Assembly (NCBI GenBank): GCA_036172245.1 | Contig: JAYWIR010000027.1 | Coordinates: 930,001-994,000, forward strand | Direction: 5' to 3' | Length of the DNA: 64,000 nt | From: Raillietiella orientalis | Taxonomy: Eukaryota | Shown here: positions 50,809 through 61,235 of the stretch, piece by piece | Numbering within the stretch: position 1 is the stretch's first letter | Layout of the letters: every line of letters starts with the position of its first letter | Notes under the pieces: model-generated | Told to the model about the DNA's origin: nothing | The model's database searches: none | Seen by the model: the letters and a program-made list of their open reading frames with translations, nothing else | Translations under genes and position numbers: made by a program

Positions 50809-51591
50809 GCATCGGCTGGGACGCCATCCGGACGGAACCGTCGAAGCACCAGAAGAGAGCGGACTCGCCGGAATCGGATCCAAAATATGTGGCAACCAAC
50901 GGCTTCGGGACCAGCGTCCTTCTCCCGCGTCCACCGCCAGGGGGGAAGAGTCTCCTCTTCCCCTCCTCCTGCCGCCCTCGGACCGCACGGACCCTGCGAG
51001 GACGTCGCACCCATGAACTACGCCGCGCGATGCTGGCGACCGTATCGGACGCAGATGCACCGAGCCGTGGGGGCCAGCAGCGCTGCCTGGAGGGTGCCCA
51101 GTCCCCCGGACCTGCACGGAAGCAGGTTGCCGGAGAAAAGGAGGAACCGCCTGCCGCGACCCACAGGGTCGGCGCGGGGCGCACGAGGGTGGGTGCGCCA
51201 CGTTCGTGCTGGCGGTGGGAGGCAACCAACAAAGAAGGAGAGGGGACCTGGTCCCCGGTTTCCATGCATCACGGTGCTTGTTGTCAGGGTGCTTGCAGAG
51301 TGCGACTTCGTTGGAACGCACCGGAAGGCACTGGGAGGGAGGAGGCGTCCCGCAAGAGCCGGCAATTCCGAGTGGCTGGGAGTGCTGGTGTTGTCGGACA
51401 CGGACAGGGCCGTGTCCGGCGGAGGCGCCGAGCGAGGCGCACCCTCCGAACGTCGGGGCGAGACGGCCGAAGAGGGTCGAGCGTTGTCGCCACGCCGAGG
51501 CGACGAAGCTGGGAGCGAGTGGTGCGTGGTGCGGCGGCAGAGATGCCATCCGGCACCGAGCGGAAGGCTGCGGGTTCCAATCCCGGCGGCC
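50809..51591 (+). repeat. 783-bp inverted duplication, copy B
   Basis: Reverse complement of 43398-44180. Confidence 0.95.
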
Positions 51592-52649
51592 TTTTTCCTG
51601 AGCAGTGCTTTTGTGCTCACAGGCTTAGAGCAGCGAAAAGCCTCAGTACTGGTAGGAAGGCTCCAATCCTTGGCATGACATCGTCAAGGAGCCCCATCAC
51701 TTCGGCGGAGAACGCCTCCACCGCTAAACATCCCACCGTGCACCATTCTTCCCTGGGCAACAAGCAAGATAGAAAGAGCGGGAACTGAAGGAAGAGAAGA
51801 CTCTTCGATTCTCTTCAGCACTGCCAAGCCTTCCGGTAAAGCTGACCGGACCATCTCCGCTGCCGATGGGCAAGTCATTTGGCATGGCGAGAAGCAGGAA
51901 GGGCAGGTCCACTCAGGTGCTCCAGGCGGTGTCGCCCGGCGTTCGCAAACCGACCCTGGGATGCGACCGGCTGGGGAGCAGTGGCTCCTCCGGCCGTCCG
52001 CCGGAGTTGTCCTGACGTCCATCTCGAGTTCGCTCCTTCCCCAATCTGCTGCTTCCGCGTGAGAGGAACTTCGAGCATCCGCGTAACGAGCGGGCAATTT
52101 TCCTCTGACTTGCGGTTTCCGGATCCTCTGCCTGAGGGAGGCTGCGTGACTCACGATCGCCGCGCGCGTCTCTTGGCTCCCAGCCGGAGAGAAGCTGGAA
52201 GGAACGGAAGGAAACCTTGAAGCCTGCCGAAGGTTGTTGGACTCGCAGAAGCCAAGCTCCTCGCTCACTCTCGCGGCCTGGGGTTCACAGCTCGGCGGGG
52301 GAGAGGGGAAGTGTGTGTGTGTGGGGGGGGGGGGAAGAGGCGGGGCGGGTGAAGGGAGGGATCCACCCGAATAGCAGAGGTTTCCGCCCGCCGTGTCCGC
52401 GGATTTCGCCTTCCGAGGTGGCGCTGCTCTGAGGCGTAGGCGGCGCCCGCGGCAGACGCGTGCAGTTTGGCTAGGCAGCCCGAGACGAGGGTTTGAGTCA
52501 TCATCGCGGATGACTTGGTCGGTTCTGGATGCCCTCTCTCCGGGCTACCAGAAGCAAAAAAAAAGAAAGTCAGGCAGCCGATCCCTGTCTCCTTGTCTTC
52601 CCTTCTTCTTCCCCTCCCTCTTTCCGATTTCTCCTTTTTCCTCCCTGCA

Positions 52650-53200
52650 GGAGCGCGCCTTCCAGATGGCACCGCTGGCGGAAGATGAATGGCACTTTGA
52701 ACGTGAACGACCGGCATGTGGACGCAATCCAGAGGCACGGCTGGGTGGGCCACTTTGCGCTGGTCCCAGACTTCCCATCCCCCGGGTCACCTCCCCACAG
52801 ATCACTGCGGATCCCGGTGCAGGGGAGCACGCCGGAAAAGATGCGCTGGGGGCTGTCCGCCTGCAACCGGCCGCGTCTCCGTTTGATCCGGAGGGAAAGA
52901 AAGGGGTGGGTTCCTCCTTCTTTCCGGGGGAGGTGGGTTCCTTGCTCCCCGATGCGACCCGAATTCCTCTTTCCGGAATTCCTTTTCTCCCAGGAACGGG
53001 GCCGCATGACATCCGCTTCCGGTGAGAGAGAGTACGGAAGGAGCCTGACCTGCCGAAGGGCGGGTCTGATGGACGAGATGTGACAGTTCCTCCGCTGCCT
53101 ACGCGAAGGAGGGCGAGGCTCGAGGGGAGTTGGCTCCGGGTCCTCGCAAAAGAAACGAGGCCCATCAGAGGCGCAGGAGGCGTGGGCGGACCTTGGCGTC
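52650..53200 (+). mobile_element. Decayed LINE ORF1-like relic
   Basis: FPEFLF...EYGRSLTCRRAG resembles IP..L....Y.GQ..TCRRCG. Confidence 0.3.
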
Positions 53201-53249
53201 CGTTCGCTTCTCAGCCGACGCGCCAACGCCTTCGCTCCGCTGCTTAGCC

Positions 53250-53500
53250 AGGCTACGGTGTTCGGTCAGGTTACGTAGGACGGAGCGTGGGAGGGTGGGT
53301 GCATGAGGTTGTAGCAGATAAGGTAGAGTAGAGAGGGTTAGGTAGCTAGGCGACAGTAGGCAGGCGAGATGGGGACTGCGTAGTTGAGGATGAAGTAGGG
53401 TGGAGGGGGTAGATTGCGTTGTGTTGAGTGGACTTCGGTGGCCATGGAGGTGATTTGGGCAGGTGGGTTGCGGTGGGGTAGGTTTGGGCATTTGGGATCG
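53250..53500 (+). repeat. Degenerate G/T-rich pentamer repeat, (TTAGG/GTAGG)n-like
   Basis: Strong G+T strand bias with period-5 remnants (aggtt, aggta, ggtta, gtagg). Confidence 0.55.
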
Positions 53501-54899
53501 AGACTGTCGTCGGAGTCTCCTCGCCTCATTCCGGGCTGACCTTGGGCCACGCGGTCCGAGGTTCCCCTTCCACCTCACCCCGGCGTCCGAGTTTCCGCAA
53601 GCGACCCAACCTGAGCCATCTCGACCACCCGGGTCGATTTTTCCTCTAGTCCTGACGTCAAGCGGTTGGCACGCTCTCAAGCGATGTGGCAGTCCCCACA
53701 GCTTCAGAGGGTGCGACCGAACCACGGCCGGGAAGCAGCAAACTGAGGGTACTCTTCTTCGTTCCTCTCCTCCCTGATCCCCCACCTTCCCTCCCGGCGC
53801 TTCGTGAGATCAGAAGCCCCGCCTTTCTTTCGGCTTTCCTCGGGATGTGGCGGCGCCCTCTGCCGCAGCCGGTGGTGTCGATCCCATCCTTGTCAAGGAC
53901 GCGCGCGGGAAGCGGAGGAACCCCTGGGGTGGGACGCGGTGACTTGCGACCAGTGGCGGAGACATCCGAGGTTCTCCCTCGCGGAGCGGATGGTGTGGTC
54001 ACTCAGGCCTTTTCGTGGGTGGGGGGAGGCTCGAGTCACAGCGAGGGTCCAGTGAGGAGGAGGAAGGAGGGGAAAGCAGCTCGGAGACGCGGACGGAGGG
54101 GACCCTCATCTTCCGCGGCGATCCGGCGATACCACGCGCGGGGAAACGTGCAATTAGGGCTGCTCCGGAGTCCATTAGCGGGCGGGCGGCCGAGACAGGT
54201 CGCCTCTGGGGGAGAGAAGGAGGAGGAAGAAGGAGGTGGTGAGGAGGAATCTCGGGGACGTTCCATTCCTCCCGCGGAATGCCAGGACAGCTGCGGCGAC
54301 ACCCGTCTGCCCAGCTCCCGCCCGAGGCACTCTGGCCGGCCGACCTCGCAGCCCAAAACCACGGAGGAGGAGCGCTCCTTCCGGGTCCCGAGATGCCGCC
54401 TCTGGAATGCGGGCCGGTGGGGGCGCCAGAAGCCGCCCGCTCGAGAAAGAGGAAGGAAAGGACTGGGACGGGAAGGGCACCATGCCGGAAATCTCCGCTT
54501 TCCTCCCCTCTCACCCCGGGGCGCTCGTCAGCCGAGAAGACAAACAAGCAAACGTGCAGCTAAGGACCCTGCCGTCTTCCTGCTCGGGGGAGGAGGAGAA
54601 GGAGAGCTTTCTCGACGCGCAGCACCGGGGTGCGGGGGAAGAAGGGACGGGAGGTAGTCCGAGCTGGCAAGAAACAGGACAGGATCGCCACCCCGCAAGA
54701 AAGAAGTAAGAAGGAAAAAAGGACGCGGGGGAGGGGAAGAGAAAGGTCAGCGGATCCCACTTCTTCCGTCCGGCTTTCGCACGTCGCGGGAGATGTCCCA
54801 CATCCGACTCGCTTCTGGGGTCGCGCACCGCGTCCCTGGAGTCAGGAAGGCATCCAAGGGGGAGGGAAGGGTGGTCTCTTGCCCCTTTTGGGGTAGCTC

Positions 54900-55750
54900 C
54901 GTCGCAGCCCGAGCCTCCTGTACGGCAGGGACGCAGGACAAGATGGTGGCGAGGGTGCGCCTCGGTGCAAGGGAGCTCAACGGCAGATCTTTGAGGAGGG
55001 GGTGGGGACGTCTCTCGTGCAGGAGGGGCCTCCTGCAGACCGTTCCGCTGGATGGCCATCCCCGGTGGACGACTCTGGCCGTAGCCATGGTGATGGAGGT
55101 GGTGATGAGGAAGAAGAGAAGCGGAGTCCTGGCTCGGATACCCCTTCCAATCGATGGGGAAGTCGAATGTCTTCCTGACTCAGAACCCGGGTCAGAGTGA
55201 GGTTCTCTCGGGATGTGCGCTGCCACTGGAGGATGAGCTCTCTTGTGACGTGCACAACGTAAGTTCTACAATGCCATCTGGCGCAGGTGCACATGAAAGT
55301 CCCACTTCCCCTCATAGTCAGGGAGTGAACGGGCTCCAAAAGGCGATCCCGCAGGTGATTGAGAGCTCGAAGAAGGGCTCGAGGGAATCGGTCGGACTGA
55401 CCACCGCGCGCTTGACCGGAGGATGCTTCCCTGAGACGCGAGCGATGCTGGCTCCACTCCCTCGCCTTTCACCTCTTCGAGTGGGAGGTTCCGTGGGGCC
55501 TCCCGTCCACGCGCGGTGGCACAGGGAATCGCCCGTTCCGACTCGGGGTCGGCTTGTGAAGGGGGAGGAAAAAGTTCTGCCCCCTATTGCCTGTTACGCA
55601 CCTCCCGAGTGTCAGAGTCCCCTGGACATCTTCCACGGGAGGAAAGTAGGGGAGGGATAGGTCTCCCTACGTGGCGACGTTCCCCAAAGCTGCAGGCAGG
55701 CGGCGCGGCCACAGCGACGACCAGCCGAGGGACGCTTGCGAGCCAGACCG
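54900..55750 (-). mobile_element. Decayed APE-type endonuclease relic of a LINE
   Basis: In order: DVQGT (~LQET), SPFTSRPRVG (~SRGVA), SPTDSLEPFF (~AP....R.FF), GKWDFHVHL (~GGDFN..L). Confidence 0.35.
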
Positions 55751-58700
55751 CCCCAGGGCAGAGGTCTGGGCTCACGGAGGGGGCGAAAGCAGATTCCTGT
55801 CCAGAGATCCTCAGCGGGGAGGAACCGGCTGTGCCTCCGGAGTATCTTCTGGTCGACCCCGGAGGAGTAACAGGCCCAGCAGGGCTTCTCGCACCAGGGG
55901 TGGGCCATCCGAAGCTGGGTCGCCGTCTTCGGGGTGGAGAACCTTGGCGGCAGCATCTCCGGAAGGAGCCGCTCGTTTTGGGTTCTACTCGGAACCCGGA
56001 GGGCAGCATACACTGCAGAACAGCCTGTACCGCCCCCGCCGGATCGGGCGCAACTATTCCGAGCCGACCTCCCCTGCATGGTTCCCGCCTTCGCCTGGCC
56101 ATCCTCTTGAGGGGGGAAAGGGGCGATGTTGGGGGTGGAAAAAAAACAGGAGCTGCGACGGCGGTGTGCCACTACGCTTCCCGCCACTCCCCCAGGAGGA
56201 GCGGCGGCGCCGGACCGCGCCGAGTAAGGAACGGCTAGCAGCAACCCCCCCACAGGGATCCCGCCACGCGCTCGCGGAGCTGTCCGGGAACGAGAAGGCC
56301 CAAACGCCCCTCCGGGAAGTTCGAGGCTGCGGGATGGTGGCGACTAGGCGCGTCCATCGCAGGAAGATCGAGGAACTTCGGAAGGGACCGGCGACGAATC
56401 CCCGCTTTCCCACGGACAGCCTGGAGCCAGAGGCGTGGTTCAGGGACGCTGGTACTGCCCTTGAGGAGCCCCGGAGCCCTTCGCGTCACTCTGGCGGAAG
56501 GAGGGAAAGAGGGGGGTAAGACTTCCGGTTGCTTCAGCGTCGGTCGGAGGCGGAGCTCTCCCTGGGTGCTCCGCGGCCGACGCGCCATCCCCGTAGATCC
56601 GCAGAGTGGGCCGGTCTGTCCGCCGGAAACGCTGCTTTCGGACGCTATGTCGCAACCTTCCACCCCAGGCGTTCCTCTCCTGCCTCGGGCGTGTGGTCAG
56701 CAGCGTCCTCCGGAAGCCCGCACGAAGGAGACGCCCTCCGTGTCAGGGTCCCCACTCCGGGAGCACTCCGGACTCCTCCGGCGTCCATTACCGGACGGAT
56801 GGCAGAGGCCAGTCACCTCTGGGGGCGAGGAAGGAAGGGGGGGGCAGGTCCCGACCTTAGACGCTCGTTGGAGCCTTCGTCCTCTCCTGCTTGGGGCGGC
56901 TTGACCGGCACCCGGAATGACCTCCCTTCCGATCAGCGAAGGGGATAACGGATCCGCCACAAGGTTCGGCTACCATCGTTGCTACGGCTTCCCACCACTC
57001 TCCGGAGAGCCGGCCTATCCCGGAAGCCCATTTCTCACCCTGAGACCTCCTCAGAGGGGGGGAACCCTTTCCAGACTTTTAGCAGTAGAGCAGAAGTTGC
57101 GCCTTTCGGGAGGATGGAGCTCTCCTTTCCTCCCCGACTGCCCTTTTGGGGATTTCCCTCGAAGGTGGCAAAGAGCATGGGGCTTGGCCCACCAAATGCT
57201 CCCTTCCCGTCGCCGTTTATCCGGGAGGACCGGGCTTTCCCGGGTTCGGGACGCAGAACGGAGAGGAGCCGGGTGCCGTACCCCGTTCCGTGTGCGCAGC
57301 CGCGATCCGCCACGTTCCCGGAGGCGTCGCCCTGAGCGCGCATTCCGCGCGAGGCGTGCGACTTCCGCGCACGGCGCACTGGGCGATCGGCGCCTTCCGT
57401 CGCGCCGCCGCGCCCGCGCGCTCGGCGTTTCTAACTCGCGAGCCCGCCCTTCCGGTCATTCACGCGGAGTCGCACCGGATCAGCCGGTCAGCAGTGACCA
57501 CGGCCCTCGTGGCCGCTCCTCCGAGGGTCTCTGCGGGCTTCCATTTGTCTCCGTCCAGACCCCATTTGTCATCTCGTGAAAGGCACCCCTAGGACGGGCC
57601 CGTCCGAGGGAGGACACCGCATCGGCGCTCGTGGGCGACAGACTTTTTACCCTCCTCCTCCCGCGCGTGGGCACTCGTGGATCGTGGGTCCTCCGAAAGG
57701 CAGTCGGGCTTCGGAGAGCTGGGACCGGCTGGCGAGAGCCGATTGCTCACAGCCCTCGAAAAGGCCTTCTCCGCCGTCCCTCAACCGTCGCCGTCGCGCG
57801 CTTCCCCTTCCCCCGGCCCACAGCCGCGGGCCTGACCGATCTGCTGCCGAAACATCCCAAGGGCACTCAGACTTCTCCGTGGAAGATGCCGGTCCGAAAG
57901 GCATGAACAAACAGGAAGGCACGTGCGCCGTCGAGGAGACCTGGGAGTGCTCCCATCTGACACCAATCGCCCGAGGTGAAGAGAAAAAAAAAAAATGTGT
58001 TTGCGAGTCGGCAGAGATCGATGGGGGAGCTGTAGGCGAAGGAACCAGAAAGACAAGGAGGGGTCGTGCCTCGAAGCAAAAGGTGAGGAAGCGGACGGGT
58101 GGAGAAGTGGGGGCGCGCGCAGCTGGAAGAAAAGATTGCAGGCCGTCTGTCATACGGCGTCGCCGTCTCTCCGGGAGGCTCGTGGAGCGCACCATGCGCA
58201 TGCGCCGAGGGCACTGCTTCCGCCTGCCAGGAGCAAACGGCGCTTCCGCGCTCCGTCGACCGCCAGAAGCACGGGGCCGGTCCTTTCGTTTCTGGCAACC
58301 CTTTGGACCGATGGCAACGCTCCGCCGAAGAGAGGCGCGCCAGTGCTCGAGGAGGCCTCCGATGCACTGCTGACCTTTCGGGCGGGCGAAAAGAGCGCGC
58401 AAGTCCGCAGGAAGACACGTTCCAGACGTTTGCTCTTCGGCGTCGCACGGATCCCCGCGAGCGCCTCCACGCCCGCCTGGGAGCCGCCCTTCCACGTTCC
58501 TTTGGAGATGGGCGCGAGCCTCGAGGCGGTGGACGGGTTCCTCGTTTCCTGCCCAGCGCCGACGGTACTCTCCTTCCTTTTTCATCTTCGACCCCGTCTT
58601 CTGCTTCACCGCCACCTCCGCCACCACCTACACCTACACCAGCACCACCATCATGATCGTAAGAACTATCGTCATCAACGCCATGATTGTTGACCTGCTC

Positions 58701-58870
58701 GCCGAAGCTTATGGGAGACCACCTTCGGCGGCGAACGCGTGTCGGCAGAGAGTTCACCTTCCCAGGAGCCGCAGAAACTTTTCCTGCTCTTCCAGGGGCT
58801 CGACGCTCACCCCACACCGGTCTTTGGACGTTCCCTCGCATCAGCGGTCTGCTCCTGGCACTCTTTCCAA

Positions 58871-59592
58871 GGCCCGAGTTGGCGACCTTCCGCAGGCGGT
58901 CTCCGGGCGCAGCACCCCGTGTAGCGGGTTCGAATTCCCCCCGGAGAAGCATCGACTCCCAGGATGAAAGGGTACGTCGTGGGCTCGGAGTTTCCCTTCC
59001 ACAGGATGACGCTGGTTGGTCCACGGGTTTCGGGTGCGCCACTGGTGGAAGCCGGACTGTTCCTCCGTCGACGGGCTGGGATTGGAAGTAAACCTTGCGG
59101 GGAGCTTCCAGGAGTCAAGTCATACTGCGGGGTTCCCCCTCCGGTTGCGAAAAGGGAGCTGCATCATCACGTGCGATGGGGCTGATTGCTCTTCGCCTTC
59201 TGGGCGCTGAAGGAGTCGTCTCCTTGGTAGCAGAGGGCTTGGGTCTAGCGCCAGTATCTCCCCTTCCAGAGTATCCAAGGAGCGCGCTGCTTCCTTCGGG
59301 AAGCGCTCTTCAGAGAAATGAGGGAGCGTCTCTTCGGAGTTCTCTTCAGAGGAGGAAACAGGAAGCGGTTCCCTTGCCAGGATCTTTCCTAGAAGAAATT
59401 CAGGAGTGGACCCTTCCGGGAGGTCCCCCCGGAGAGAACAAAGAAGTGGTGGTTCCTTCGGGGTTGCCTCCCTAGCATAAGAGGGAAGGACTGCTTCCTC
59501 CATAACCTTCCTGAACTTCTCTAGGGTGGTCCTTACGGGGTTGAGTGAGCGTGACTCTTCAAGTTTGGGGTCAATCCCCCAACTTGAAGTCA
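58871..59592 (+). mobile_element. tRNA-headed SINE-like repeat family, copy 5
   Basis: ggcccgagttggcg...gcgggttcgaattcccc head. Ends in a hairpin at 59552-59592. Confidence 0.75.
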
Positions 59593-60169
59593 GGCGCACT
59601 ATCGGGTGGTGTAGACAGCGTGAAAGAGCTCTATGAGCTCCCCCTAAGAGGGCAAATGGTTCTTTAGCACTCTTTAAGACCCCTCCTCCCACCCCATCCT
59701 ACCCCCCAAAAAAAGAAAATCCTGAAAAAAAAAAAAAAAGCTGGAAGGAAAGCAGCAAAAACGGAAGAACCCAAAAGGATTACCACCATCAGCTGGCGAC
59801 CGGGCAAAGAAGAGTTTTGGCCTCACCGGTTCGGCCAGAGGTGTGCAAGCACTTCCGCCCCGCTTGCCTTCCCGCAGGCGTCCTGCCCTTTGCGAGTTGG
59901 GTGCTGCTGGGGCCGTCGGACGATCGCACCTTCCTAAGCCTCCGCGTCCACCTTCCCCCTTTTCGGGCGTGGACGGACGACTCTCTTCTTGCACTTTCCT
60001 CACGTGACCGCACCACCGCGAACTCAACTCTTCTTCAGCATCCTAAGCTTTCGCGCCGCTGAAACCAACCGGAGTGCTTCCTTCTTTAAATGGGAAGGGG
60101 GGATGTTGGCACTAGATCCAAGCCCTCTGCTACCAAGGAGACGACTCCTTCAGCGCCCAGAAGGCGAAG
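59191..60169. repeat. 77-bp inverted repeat pair (59191-59267 / 60093-60169)
   Basis: 52-bp perfect core at 59191-59242 / 60118-60169. Confidence 0.92.
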
Positions 60170-60628
60170 CAGCAACATCCTGCTCCCGCATTCCCTTTCG
60201 GGGTTTCGAAGATCCTGCTGGCAATGCCTCTCGTCCCCCATCGCTCCCTGTTCCCCGAGCATCCTTCCTGCGCATCGTCTCGCCGGCCGCGCAGCCGGAA
60301 GCGGAGGGCTTCCCTCCCTTCTGACTCACCTCTGCCGCCACCGCAGGGTGACCGACCGCGGAATCCCAGTCGGCCGGCTGGCCGCCCCGCCGAGAAAACG
60401 CAGCTGGATGTCCTGCGGCCCCGCCAACTGCAGCAGCGCCTGGCCGCGGGAGACAGCTGGCACGTGAGCGAAGAGGAGCGAACCGGGCTCCGAGAGGTGG
60501 AGTAGCCTACGATTTTCTATTCGCGCCCGCCGTTCGCCGCGGAAGATCCTGGGGAATCCCAGCGTGAGCGCGTCGGCAGAGCGCACCCCCAAACTCCCAC
60601 CCACTACCCGCTTACTTGCCGCAGAGCT

Positions 60629-61235
60629 GGCCCACGTTGGCGGCCTCGTGGCTGTGGTCTCAGTGCACGTGGGACCAACACGTCGCGCGTTCGAATCCCA
60701 GCGGGGGAAAGGAGGGTCGACGACGACGATAAATGGAGGTGCATCGCGGGTTTCGAATCTCCCCCACAGGATGGCACTCGTTGTACTATCCGGGTGCAGA
60801 ACTGGCAAAAGCCGAAAACCAGATGCCCCCGTCGACTGCCCAGGATTGGAAGTTGACCCCTCTGGTGTGCTTCCATGAGTGAAGGAGCTCTCTGGGGTTC
60901 CCCTCCGGCTGCGAAAAGGGATCCATGCCATCACGTGCCACGAGGGTCTGGCTGATGCCCCCCTCGGGGGTTACCTCTCCAGACTGTCGAGGAAGCGCAC
61001 TGTTCCCTTCGCAGAGCGCCCTTCAGAGAAATGGGGAGGCGTCCCCCTTCGGGTTCTCTTCAGTGGAGGTAAACCAGGAGCGGATCCCTTCCGGGTGGTT
61101 CCTCCGGAGAGAACAAGGAAGAATTCCCTTCGGGGTTCCCTATCAAGAGTAGGAGGAACGGACTCCGTCCCCCGGAGTCCTTTCCGGATTCGTAAGGTGG
61201 TCCCTCTGGGTTGTCCCACCACTTGAAGGGACCCC
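60629..61235 (+). mobile_element. tRNA-headed SINE-like repeat family, copy 6
   Basis: ggcccacgttggcgg...cgttcgaatccca head. Body collinear with copy 5. Confidence 0.75.

Noticed and set aside
43398..51591. Single large TIR transposon bounded by the 783-bp arms
   Set aside because: No TSD seen, no intact transposase inside, and one arm is a truncated copy of a longer pre-existing sequence.
58871..58945. Genuine tRNA genes at the B-box motifs (also ~14.5, 17.2, 38.6, 50.3 and 60.7 kb)
   Set aside because: No complete cloverleaf. Each motif is attached to the same repeat body, so they are SINE-like heads.
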